A stretch of DNA of 64,000 nt, taken from the NCBI RefSeq assembly GCF_004010195.1, contig NC_057760.1, forward strand, positions 4,330,522 through 4,394,521, read 5' to 3'. Under the pieces are notes generated by a model. It did not search any database, was not told where the DNA came from, and was given only the letters and a program-made list of their open reading frames with translations. The position numbers and the translations under genes were made by a program. Positions within the stretch are counted from its first letter, which is position 1, and the number at the start of each line of letters is the position of its first letter. Of this stretch, positions 36,381-48,149 are shown piece by piece. The stretch is from Chiloscyllium plagiosum (Eukaryota).

Positions 36381-37339
36381 CACAGGAATCCATGATTGGA
36401 TGAGTGCAGATTTTTCAGAGGGTTGCAGGGCTGGAGGAAGTTACAGAGGGAACGCTGATGGCACAGAGAGATTTAAATACAAGGAACCCATGAGCTATCC
36501 CACACCTGGATTGTAATGTGGTTGCTTCTAAGTGAATTGATTGCTGACATTCAGAAAAGTTCAACTGGCCAGATGACTAGCTTGTGATACAAAATGATGC
36601 CAATAGTCTAGGTTCAATTCTTGCACAAGCTGAGGTTCCTGTGAAGGATCCCCCTTCTCAATCTTTCTTCTTGCTTCAGTTATCGTAACTCTCAGGTTAA
36701 AGCACCACCAGTCTTCCCTCCGTATCCTATGATCTTCTGGGATTATGCTGACATTATCTTCACAGTCAAGTTTAGAGTGGTGTTGGAAAAGCACAGCGGG
36801 CCAGGCAGCATCCAAGAAGCAAAATCGACATTTTGGGCAAAAGCCCTTCATCAGGATTTGTCTCCCTCTCTCTCTCTCTCTCTCTCAAGCTTGTTTCTCT
36901 CATTCCTATGCAGAGGCTGCGGGACTGTAATCAGGATCAGGGAAATTAGTTGGTCTCCTTTAGACATCAGATTGAGAAGAAGATTTTATGGTGGAGAAAC
37001 TAATGACGTTTATTAAAGGCCTGCTCTCCTAGATAAAACCCACATTTAAAAGGAGATTGATTCAAGACTGTTTCAGCTTCCAGTTATTGGCTATTCTGTG
37101 GAGTTAACATAATTACCTCGCAAACTGCTTCCTAAGGGAAATGCAGGAAAGTCTGACATTCAATTAATTCATCAATAAACTTTCTTAGTCATCTGATTCA
37201 TTTAAGAATTCAGAAACAGAAGGAAGCTGTGCAGCCCTGAAACTTGTACCTGCATTTAACTAGATTGATGCTGATAAACTTAACCCCATCTACCTGCTAT
37301 AGTTTTGTCTTTCTTCATTGCCTTACCCAACAAAAGGCT

Positions 37340-37965
37340 ACCAATTCATTCTATTTCCAAAGTAGTAAAATGTTGTATGGATTGACCACCTGCAGATTGT
37401 GTGCTTTTTGAGCAAAAAAGAATGTATCTGCAAATATAATTCTGCAAATGCAAATTCAACCCATAGATTTATATGGAGGATGGTCACCCGACAAACCAAG
37501 GCTGAGTTCCCTGACCACTGAAGTGTTCCCCGACTGGGAGGGAACACCCCTGTCTGGTGATTGTTACGCAGTGTCCATTCATCCATGTTGTAGCATCAGC
37601 TTGGTCTCGACAATTTACCATGCCTCGGGCCATCCTTGCATGCAGCATATGAAGTAGACAATGTTAGCCGTGTTACATGAATATCTGCCGTGTACATGGT
37701 GAATGGTGTCCCCATGTGTAATGGTTGTATCCATGTTGATGCTCTGACATATCTTGCAGTGGTTGCCATGACAGGGCTGTACTGTGTTGTGGTCGATGTT
37801 GTCCTGAAGACTGGTCAGTTTGCTGTAAACAATGGTCCGTTTAAGATTTGGCGGCTGTTTAAAGGTGGGAAGTGGAGGCATAGGGAAGGTCTTGGCAAGG
37901 TCATCCTCATCGATAATGTGTTGCAGGCTGCGAAGAACATGGCGTAGTTTCTTCACTCCCAGGAA
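37340..37965 (-). mobile_element. Penelope-like element family B, zinc-finger linker/GIY-YIG remnant
   Basis: FKQPPNLK...QPCHGNHCKICQ...RYSCNTANIVYFICC.QG.PEAW. Confidence 0.85.
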
Positions 37966-37967
37966 GT

Positions 37968-40011
37968 AGAATACAGAACATAGAACATTACAGTGCAATA
38001 CAGGCCCTTTGGCCCTCGATGTTGTGCCAACCTGTGGAACCAATCTGAAGCCCATTTAGCATACAGTATTCCATTCTTGCCCATATGCCTATCCAATGAC
38101 CACTTAAATACCCTGAAAATCGGCGTGTCTACTACTGTTTCAGGCAGTGCGTATCACATTCCTACCACTCTCTGAGTAAAGAAACTACCTCTGACATCTG
38201 TCCTATATTTATCACCCCTCAATTTATAGCTATGTCCCCTTGTGCTGGCTATCGCCATCCAAGGAAAAAGGCTCTCACTGTCCAACCTATCTAACCCTCA
38301 GATTATCTTATATGCCTCAACCTCCTCTCTAATGAAAACAGCCTCAAGTCCCTTAGTCTTTCCTCGTTAGACCTTCCTTCCATATCGGGCAACATCCTAG
38401 TAAGTCTACTCTGAACCCTTTCCAAAGCTTCCACATCCTTCCTATAATGCGGTGATCAGAATTGTGCACAATACTACAAATGTGGCCACACCAGAGTTTT
38501 GTACAGCTGCAGCATGGTGTCATGGTTCCAAAACTCAATCCCTCTACTAACAAATGCTAATACACTGTATGCCTTCTTAACAACCCTATCAACCTGCGTG
38601 GCAACTTTCAAGGATCTATGTACCTGGACACCGAGATCTCTCTGCTCATCTACATTACCAAAAATCTTACCATTAGCCCAGTATTCTGCATTCCTGTTAC
38701 ACTAAATCACTCACAATCCCATGCCTGTGTACTTTGTGCAATAGTCTAATGTGTGGAACCTTATCAAACACCTTACTGAAATCCATATATACCACATCAA
38801 CCGCTTTGACCTATCCACCTGTTTGGTCACCTTCTCAAAGAACTCAATAAGGTTTGTGAGGCAGGGCCTACCCTTCACGAAAACGTGTTGACTATCCCTA
38901 ATCAATTTATTCTTATCGAGATGATTTACACTTATAACACTTTCTAACACTTTACCCATAACTGAAGTAAGGCTCACTGGTCTATAATTTCTAGGTTGTC
39001 TCTACTCCCCTTCTTGAACAAGGGGACAACATTTGCTATCCTCCAGTCTTCTGGCACTATTCCTGTAGACAATGACGGCATGAAGATCAAAGCCAAAGAC
39101 TCGGCAATCTCCTCCCTGGCTTCCCAGAGAATCCTAGGATAAATCCCGTCTGGCCCAGGGGACTTATCTATTTTTACATTTTCCGGAATTGCTAACACCT
39201 CCTCCTTATGCACCTCAATCCAATCTCGTCTAGTAGCCTGTATCTCAGTATTCTTCTCGACAACATTGACTTTTTCTGATCAGTGTGAATACTGATGAAA
39301 AGTATTCAGTTTGTGCTTCTGCTATCTCCTCTAATTCCACGCCACAACTTCCTACTATATGCTTCATTGGCCCTAATCTTACTCTAGTCATTATTTTATT
39401 CCTGATATACCTATGGAAAGCCTTAGAGTTTTCCTTGATCCTAACTGCCAAAGGCTTCTCATGTCCCCTCCTGGCTCTTCTTAGTTCTCTCTTCAGGCCT
39501 TTCCTGGCTAGCTTGTAACTCTCAAGTGCCCTAACTGAGCCATCACATCTCATCCTAACATAAGCCTTCTTCTTCCTCTTGACAAGAGACTGAGCTTCCT
39601 TAGTAAACCAAGGCTCCGGCACTAGAAAACTTCTTCCTTGCCTGACCAGTACATACGTATCAAGGACACGCAGAAGCTGTTCCTTGAATAAGCTCCACAT
39701 TTCAATTATGCGCAACCCCTCCAGTATCCTTCCTCATCCTATGCATCCTTTCCCCCAGCTATAACTCTTGCCCTGCGTATATACTATCCCTTTCCATCAC
39801 GAAAGTAAACATAACCAAAATGTGGTCACTATCGCAAAGGTGCTCACCAACTTCAAAATCTAACTCCTGGCCGGGTTCATTACCCAGTACCAAATCCAAT
39901 GTGGCCTTGCCCCTTGTTGGCCTGTCAATATATTGTGTCAGAAAACTCTCCTGCACACAATGGACAAAAACTGACCCATCTAAAGTCCTTGAATAATAGT
40001 ATTCCCAGTCT
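37968..40011 (-). mobile_element. CR1 LINE ORF2 remnant
   Basis: KSPGPDGIYPRIL, PEDWRIANVVPLFKKG and CLTNLIEFFE fragments. Confidence 0.9.
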
Positions 40012-40014
40012 GAA

Positions 40015-40504
40015 CAACGAAGGGTGCCTTTACAAACCTATCATGGCAGCCACTGCAAGATGTGTCAGAGTGTCAAAATGGATACTACCATTATATGTGG
40101 TGACACCACCCACTGTGTACATGACAGGTACTCATGTGGCTTGACCAACATTTTCTATTTCATACGCTGCAGGCAAGGATTGCCCGAGGCATGGTACTTT
40201 GGTGAGACTGAGCAGACGTTACGATAACAGATGAATGGACACTGCACACCAATCACCAGACAGGGGTGTTCCCTCCCAGTCAGGGATCACTTCAGTGATC
40301 AGGGACATTTTGCCTCGGATCTTTGGGTGTCCATCCTCCATGGCAGACTTCGGGATATGCAAAAACACAGATTGGCCGCACAGAGGCTAATAGCCAAGTT
40401 CGGTACCCACAAGGATGGCCTCAATCGGGACTTGGGTTAATGTCACACTACAGGTGACCCCACTACACTATTCTCTCTCTCGCTCTCTCCACTCTCTCTC
40501 TCTC

Positions 40505-40539
<35 letters not shown>

Positions 40540-41070
40540 TCCTCTCTCTCTCCTTCCTCTCTCTCTCTCCCGCTCTTCACTCACTCACTCACTCACTCAC
40601 TCACTCACTCACTCACTCACTCACTCACTCACTCACTCACTCACTCACTCACTCTTACATACTCACACAATCACGCAGACCCTTTCTCATACAACGTTCT
40701 CTCTCATACACACATATTTACATTCCCCCCACACTCACACACACGTGTACACTCTCTCAAAGGTTTATACACCATCACACTCTCACACACACCTTTCCAA
40801 GCATGCCTACATGCAAAGACACACTGTCTCACATACACTCACATCTATGGGATGAACTTGCATTTTCAGAATTATATTTGCAGATACATTCTATTTTGCC
40901 CAATAAGCACACAATCTGCAGGCAGTCAATCCATACAACATTTTATAAATTCCTACTTTGGAAATAGAACCAGTCTGTCTCAAGATTGGGATACAGACAG
41001 ACTCTAAACTCACACCTTTAATGCATTGTCTGAACTGAGATGTCACTTTTTTTTTTATAAACTCTTAAGT
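40015..41070 (+). mobile_element. Penelope-like element family B GIY-YIG remnant with an internal compound microsatellite; continues at about 42166-42430
   Basis: CKMCQ..YSC..NIFYFIRCRQG.PEAWYFGETEQTLR, then MNGH..LPV.DHFS..QRLIAKFGTHKDGLNRDLG. Confidence 0.85.
40472..40845. repeat. Compound microsatellite (CT)n, (CACT)n and degenerate (CA)n
   Basis: Directly visible. Confidence 0.95.
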
Positions 41071-41074
41071 TAGA

Positions 41075-42165
41075 GAATTAAGGAGGATATAAATAGAATG
41101 GAGAGTTGGGCGGAAAAGTGGCAGATGGTTTTCAATCCAGACAAATGTGAGGTGATGCATTTAGGCAAGTCTAATTCTGGAGCCAATTATACAATGAATG
41201 GAAGAGCCTTGGGAAAAGTTGTTGGGCAGAGAGATCTGGGAGTGCAGTCCATTGTACCCTGAACTGAAAATGTGTTGCTGGAAAAGCGCAGCAGGTCAGG
41301 CAGCATCCAAGGAACAGGAGAATCGACGTTTCGGGCATAAGCCCTTCTTCAGGAATCTTATGCCCGAAACGTCGATTCTCCTGTTCCTTGGATGCTGCCT
41401 GACCTGCTGCCCTTTTCCAACAACACATTTTCAGCTCTGATCTCCAGCATCTGCAGCCCTCACTTTCTCCTCCATTGTACCCTGAAGGTTGCTGCACAGG
41501 TGGATAGAGTGGTCAAGATGGCATATAGAAGGCTTGCCTTCATTAGACGGGGTATTGAGTATAAGAGCTGGCAGGTCATGTTAAAATTGTACAAGAAATT
41601 GGTTTGGCCGCATTTAGAATACTGTGTACAGTTCTGGTTGCCACATTACCAAAAGGATGTGGACGCTTTGGAGAGGGTGCAGAGAAGGTTTACGAGGATG
41701 TTTCCTGGTATGGAAGGTGCTAGCTATGAAGAAAGATTGAGTAGGTTAGGTTTATTTTCACTAGAAAAAAGGAGATGGTGGGGGGTGAGAACCTGTTTGA
41801 GGTTTACAAAGTCATGAAAGGTATAGACAGGGTGGATAGAGACAAGCTTTTTCCCAGGGTGAAGGATTCAATAATGAGAGGTTATGCTTTCAAGGTGAGA
41901 GGTGGAGAGTTTAAGGAGGATACACGCGGCAAGTACTTCACACAAAGGGTGGTGCGCATTTGGAACGCATTGCCAGCAGAGGTGGTAGAGGCAGGCACGG
42001 TAAAATGATTTAAGATGCATCTGGACAGATGCATGAGTAGGTGGAGAGCAGAGGGATACAAATACTTAGGAATTGACCAACAGGTTTAGACAGTACACTT
42101 AGATTGGCTCAGGCTTGAAAGGCCGAAGGGCCTGTTCCTGGGCTGTAAAATTTCTTTGTTCTTTA
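41075..42165 (+). mobile_element. CR1 LINE 3' fragment containing an inverted Penelope-like insert (41264-41470)
   Basis: PHLEYCVQFW, LERVQRRFTRM, FTQRVVRIWNALP; insert TSD tccattgtaccctgaa at 41248-41263 and 41471-41486. Confidence 0.9.
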
Positions 42166-42589
42166 TCTCGAGAATGTGACTTGAAAGAAGTTCAGGAATT
42201 TATATATTAATGAACCGAAACTTGCAAGCTGTTCTAAAAGATGAAAGACTTAATAGCAGTCTAGATTTGTTCAATATATCATTTCAGCAGTATGACCCTG
42301 TAATCCTTTGAAATAAATTGTGTCTTATGATCCTGCTCCACAGCTACCTGATGAAGGGGCAGTGCTCCAAACGCTACTTCTTCCAAATAAACCTGTTGGA
42401 CTATAACCTGGTGTTTGTGATTTTTAACTAAATTGGAGATGTTTAGTAGGTCACATCCTGTTGACTAAGGAGGTCATTATTTCAAAAAATTGAGTTGTTT
42501 GTTTCTCTTGGATTTCTACAACTTAGTCTCGGTGTCCTGTCACTTTAAGAAAGTGTGCTAGTCTGGGGCTGATGTCCCTTTAAAAAAAA

Positions 42590-42800
42590 ACGCAGCCATT
42601 GATACTGATGCAAAGTACCCTGGGGCTAAGGAAGGCCTTTGAATGATCACTAATGTGACCAATCAGCTGGTAAAACCTGCATGACTGTAACAGATCGAAG
42701 CCAATCCGCTGGTGGCGGGGGTGGGAGTAAAACACACCCAAAGTTCGATTAACTTGTTTGAAGACAAAGTTTGAGGAAGTTGGTAATTGGCTGAGTTTTG
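42590..42800 (+). promoter_or_regulatory. Putative SHKBP1 proximal promoter (NF-Y/Sp-type)
   Basis: gaccaatc near 42658, agccaatc near 42700, GC box ggcgggggtggg near 42714 and an inverted attggc near 42786, directly upstream of exon 1. Confidence 0.5.
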
Positions 42801-42815
42801 CTGGGATGGTGTGAA

Positions 42816-42871
42816 ATGGCAAATGTGACCCAGCCTGGAGAAATTATACATCTCAATGTGGGAGGAAAGAG
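42816..42871 (+). CDS. SHKBP1: SH3KBP1-binding protein 1, coding exon 1 (MANVTQPGEIIHLNVGGKR)
   Basis: gaaATGG start; PGE(I/V)IHLNVGGKR resembles SHKBP1 rather than KCTD3 (IVQLNVGGTR); donor AG|gtgggt, phase 2. Confidence 0.9.
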
Positions 42872-45800
42872 GTGGGTAAAGGGCAGACTGGCAGTAACTG
42901 GGTATTAAAACCCTCTGACATCAGGGACACTGCCCTGAGTTGGGTACTTGGAGCTGTTTCAGTATAAACTGCTTCCAAACCTCTGTGTTTAGTAACCTGT
43001 TGTTTCCATTTGCTATTTAACGACTTTGTTAACCGGTGGTGTTTGTGTTGGACTGAGTCTGAGAGTTATGTTTTACATTAAAACCACAAATGCTGGAAGT
43101 AGGTCAAGCGGTATCTGCATGGAGAAACGTGTTCATGTTTTGGTTTATGACTCCAGGGTTACATTTTCTGTTATTTATGAGTGAACCACGAGAACAGTTT
43201 AAAAAAAATTGCATTTAGATTGTGCCTTTCAAAACCTCTAAACGTGCCAAAGTGTTTCACAGCCAATGTAATGTAATCACTGATGTAATGTAGCAAATGT
43301 TGCTGCCGATGTGCACAGCAAGATTGTGGGAAATGATCGGTTTGTCTGCTTTAGTTATGCTGCTTTGTTTCAAGAGTTCCTTTTTGTTTCGCGCAACAAC
43401 AAAACAACAATTTCTATTTATATAGCACCAAGCTGCCTTGTATAGCTCAGTATGATAACTGATTAAAATGATCCTTTGTGAAGGTCTTTAGGTCATTTTT
43501 ATTACGTTAATGCTGCAATTTAAATGCAAGTTGTTGTTCAGTGATAATTATTCATTAGAATGTCAGAGAAAAAAACTCCTGTTCTTCCTTGGAATGCTGC
43601 TGCTGAATCCTGTAACTCTCCCTCCCACAGCCCCCCACCCCCCAGAGGGTGACCATGGCCCTGTACCTCCCCCAGAAGGTACTTGTTCTGACTCCCTACC
43701 TTCTTTAGAACATGCCCCCTCCCCTCATGTCTTCAAGATTTGTCTGGAACTGAGAGTGTGACCACTGGACAATAGCTATCAGTTTCAGTAACTGGAACCT
43801 GTCTCCATCTTCGCCTCTGGCACAAACCCAAGATTATGAATGTGTTTCTTTTATTCAGACTGCTGCAGATCCCATGCCAGTTCCTGAGTGGGGGGAGGTG
43901 GGATGTTCTACAGGGAGTGAGGAGCAGCTCTGGTGTCCCAGTGACGTTCTTGGCAAGAGCTTTACCCTGACTGAGAATTTCTCTGAGGGGGGCAGAGACT
44001 GTCTGGGCACCTGGTCTGATGACCCGTTATGTGGTTCATGCTGAGTTCAGTGATCAGTGGTTACTCACTGTTTCACGCAAATGCCAATTCATCACCTCTG
44101 GCCCCAGAGGAAAGCAAACTATTCAACCACAGGCAGCATCACTTCCAAGCATGATGGTGCAAGGCAAAGCGAGATGAGGAAGTGAAGAAACCAAAGCTGG
44201 TTCTGTAGGAGATGTCAATATAAAAACATAGAATCATTGCCAACATCCTTCCTACAATTTAAATTGTCAACACAGCTTTCTTTTTGAAATGTTTGAATTT
44301 AGTAGAGTGTCTGTAAGTTGCTCGGTCGAGAGAGGGGCTGGTGTTAATATGATTTTATACACCTCAATCAGGTCTTGTTGGTACAGCACAGGAAGCCAAG
44401 GGCAGAGTAAGTGTCAGGTAGCTGGAATATGGGATCCTGCTTGTGAACTGAATGGTGATGTTTTGCAAAGTTGGCACTCAGCTATCATTGGGGAGTCCAA
44501 ATTTGAGCAAACTGTACCATTAGCAGTGCGCACTGGATTGTAAATTGGAAAAAATAGAGAGTTGTTTTTGTGTGGGAGTATTCTTATGGCAAAGTGGTAA
44601 AAGTGCAGGTGCTCGCATGGAGAGGTGCTGTATGAAAGTGTGTGCAGTGGGAGGGGGAATGGGTTCACTAGGGCTAGCTGGTGGGTAAAGTGGTGAAAGA
44701 GTTTGGCTTGACATCTAGATGGGGATAGACGTAGAGATCTTGGTGGGAGGTGAAAGATTCCGGATAAAGAAGCAAGTGCAGAGACAAAGGTGGTAATGAA
44801 CTCAGGGTAGTGCTAAATGTGAATCACCGAGTTAGTGTAAAAGCAGCTGAAGGTGAGGCATTTGACAGCAGGTAGTTCAAGGTCAGAGAGAGAGACACAG
44901 TGAAAAGATACTCCAAGATGAGTTTAAAAGGTGGAGATGTGATGGGGTTCAGACAAAATGAAGAGCCAGAAAGATTCAGAAAGGTGTTGGTATCATGAGT
45001 TGTTGAAGTTTGCAATCTTTCACAGTTGACAGGGAGAATTTTTTTTTTTTTGTGATAGCAGCTGGTGAGATTTGGTTTGAAGGGAAAAACTAGATTGGGA
45101 CAGCTTTGAGATGGAACAAAGTTGTGCTGCTGGAGACAGAAGTTGAGGTTATGGATGAGGTGGTGCGAGCAGATAGATAAAATCACTCTCTCCTTCAGAT
45201 AACTGGTGTTGAGCTAAACCAGAGATGTACCATATCTCAGGTGAGAGGCAAGGTTCAGAAGGAAGTGTCTTCATGTTGATTTCAAATCTTACATCGAGCG
45301 AACTGACCCCAGCCAAGAATAATGGTTGAGAGATCGCTCAATAGCTCAAAGATAGCTGTAACGGTCAGTAGATCTGCACAAGAAATCAGTTGGAACTGGG
45401 CACAGTTACTGAACAACAGTAAAGGCTTTTTGAAAGAAAGTTATATTAAGTCACTGGCAGGAATCCTGACCAATAATTTCTATCCTCTAGCCTGTGGATA
45501 CTAAGAACAACACTGCAGACCTGGAATGTCCTTAATCTGTTCGAGCTCATTGCTGTTATTGTCTAATTTTAAATCGTTCATTCATGAGTGTCACTGGCTG
45601 GGTCTGGCATTTATTGCCCATTCCTATTGCCCTTGAAAAGCTAACATCTTGAACTGCTGTAGTCCATCTTCTGTAGGTAGGCCCACAATTCCCTTAGGGA
45701 GGGAGTTCCAGGATTTTGACCGAGCCGGTGAAGGAATGGAGATATGTATTTCCAAGTGAGGATGTTGAATTACTTGGAGGAGCTGGCATTTCCATGTATC

Positions 45801-48149
45801 TACTGCCCTTGCCCTTCTAGATGAAAATGGTTATGGGTTTCAGAGGTGTTGTCGAAGGAACTTTGGTGAATTTCTGCGGTGGTACTTGTACTTGGTATGC
45901 ACTGCTGCTGCTGGGAGTGAATGTTTTATGGATGTGGTGCCAATCAAACTTTGTCTTTGGGTGGTGTCAAGCTTTTTCTGTTGTTGGAGTTGTTTTGCTC
46001 ATGCAAGTGTGGAATATTCCATCACTTGTGCTTTGTAGATGGTGGACAGGCCCTGGGGAGTCAGGAGTTATCACTAACTGCAGGATTCCAAGCCGCTGAC
46101 CTGCTCGCATAGCTACTGTGTTTATATTGTGGTAGAAAGTGAAGACAGCACATGCTGGAGGTCAGAGTCAAAACTTGTGGTGCTGGAAAAGCATATGGGT
46201 CAGGCAGCAACCGAGAAGCAGGAGAGTTAACATTCGGGCATAAGCTCTTCATCAGCACCTGCTGTGCTTTTCCAGTGCCACAAGTTTCGACTACTGTATT
46301 TATATGGCTAGTTCAATTGAGTTTCTGGTCAGTGGTAACCCCCAGGATGTTGTTGATGGAGATTCAGTGATTGTAACAACATTGAATGTCATGGGGTGAC
46401 ACTTGGCTTCTCTCATGTTGGAAAAGGTCATTCTGCTATAATGTGACAGTTATTACTCAGCAACCTTGCACTATAGAAAATCGTGCTGTGGATACCCATT
46501 GGAGATACCCAATGGCTATACCTATTCAGTAGAAAGGTCACGTGATCCAAACAGTGTCCACAATTCGTCAATCATATTATAGCCAATTTGCATTAACAAT
46601 GTGCATTATGGCAGAACAATCTGTGGTCATTGCTGACACTCGTGGGCCATAAATACTACATGCCATTTGTCAGACCAAACCTGGATATTGTTCAGGTCTT
46701 GCTGTAGTTGAACATGGACAACTTCAGTGTCTGAAGAGTTGGGAATGGTGCTAAATGTTGTGTGATCATCAGCAAACATAGAAAAGTACAGCACAGAACA
46801 CGACAGTGTGCCGAGGATTAATCCTAATCTAAAATAATCTACGCACCCCTCAATTCACTGCTGTCCAAGTGCATGTCCAGCAGTCGCTTAAATGTCCCTA
46901 ATGACTTTACTTCTACCACCGCTGTTTGCAAAGCAGTCCATGTGTTCGCAACTTTCTGTGTAAAGAACCTACCTCTGACATCCCCTCTATACCTTCCTCC
47001 TAACACCATAAAACTATGACCCCTCGTGGCAGTCAATTCTGCCCTGGGGAAATATCTCTGGCTTTCAGCTCTATCCATTCGTCTCATTACCTGTACACCT
47101 CGATCAGGTCACCTCTCTTCCTCCTCCTCCAGTGAGAAAAATCCAAGCTTAGTCAACCTTTCTTCATAAGCCAAGCCATCCAGTCCATGCAGCATCCTGG
47201 TAAACCTTCTTTGCATCCTCTCCAAAGCCTCATATCTTTGCTATAGTAGGGTGACCATAACTGAACACAATATTCCAAATGTGGTCTCACCAGGATTTTG
47301 TAGAGCTGCAGCAAAATCTTGCGGCTCTTGAACTTGATCCCCCTGTTAATGAAAGCCAAAATACATATGCTTTCTGAACAACCCTTTCCACTTGGGTGGC
47401 AACTTTGAGGGATCTATGCACTTGAATGCTAGGATCCCACTGTTCTACCAAACTGCCAAGAATCCTGTCTTTAATGCTATATTCAAGATTCAGGTTTGAC
47501 CTTCCAAAATGCATCACTTCACATTTACCCAGGTTCAACTCCACTTGCCATTTCTCAGCCCAGCTCTGCAACCTGTCAATGTCGCGCTGCACCTTACAAC
47601 AGCCCTCTATACTATCAAGGGTTCCTCCAGCCTTTGTGTCATTGGCAAATTTACTAACCCACCCCTCAACCTCATCCTCCAAGTCATTTATAAAAAAACT
47701 ACAAAGAGCAGAGGCCCAAGAACAGAGCCCTGCGGGACCCCAATCAACACTGACCTCCAGGCAGACTATCTTCCATCTCCAACCACTCTGCCTTCTGTCA
47801 ACCAACTAATTCTGAATCCAGAGAGTCAGGTCTCCCTGTACCTCCTAACTTTATGAATGAGCCTTCCCTGGGGAACCTTATCAAGTGCCTTGCTGAAGTC
47901 CACATACACCACATCCACTGCCCGACCTTCATCAACCTGTCTCATCACCTCCTCAAAGAATTCGATAAGATTTGTGAGGCATGACCTGCCCCTCACAAAG
48001 CCATGCTGACTGCTTTTAATCTCACTATGCTTTTTCAAATAATCATAAATCCTATCCCTTAGAATTTTTTCCAAAACCTAGCTGACCACAGATGTAAGAC
48101 TGTCTGACTGGTCTGTAAATGCCAGGGATTTCCCTATTACCCTTCTTGA

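Noticed and set aside
40580..40655. CRISPR-like or coding repeat (THSL)n
   Set aside because: A simple (CACT)n microsatellite with no spacers, in a eukaryotic context.
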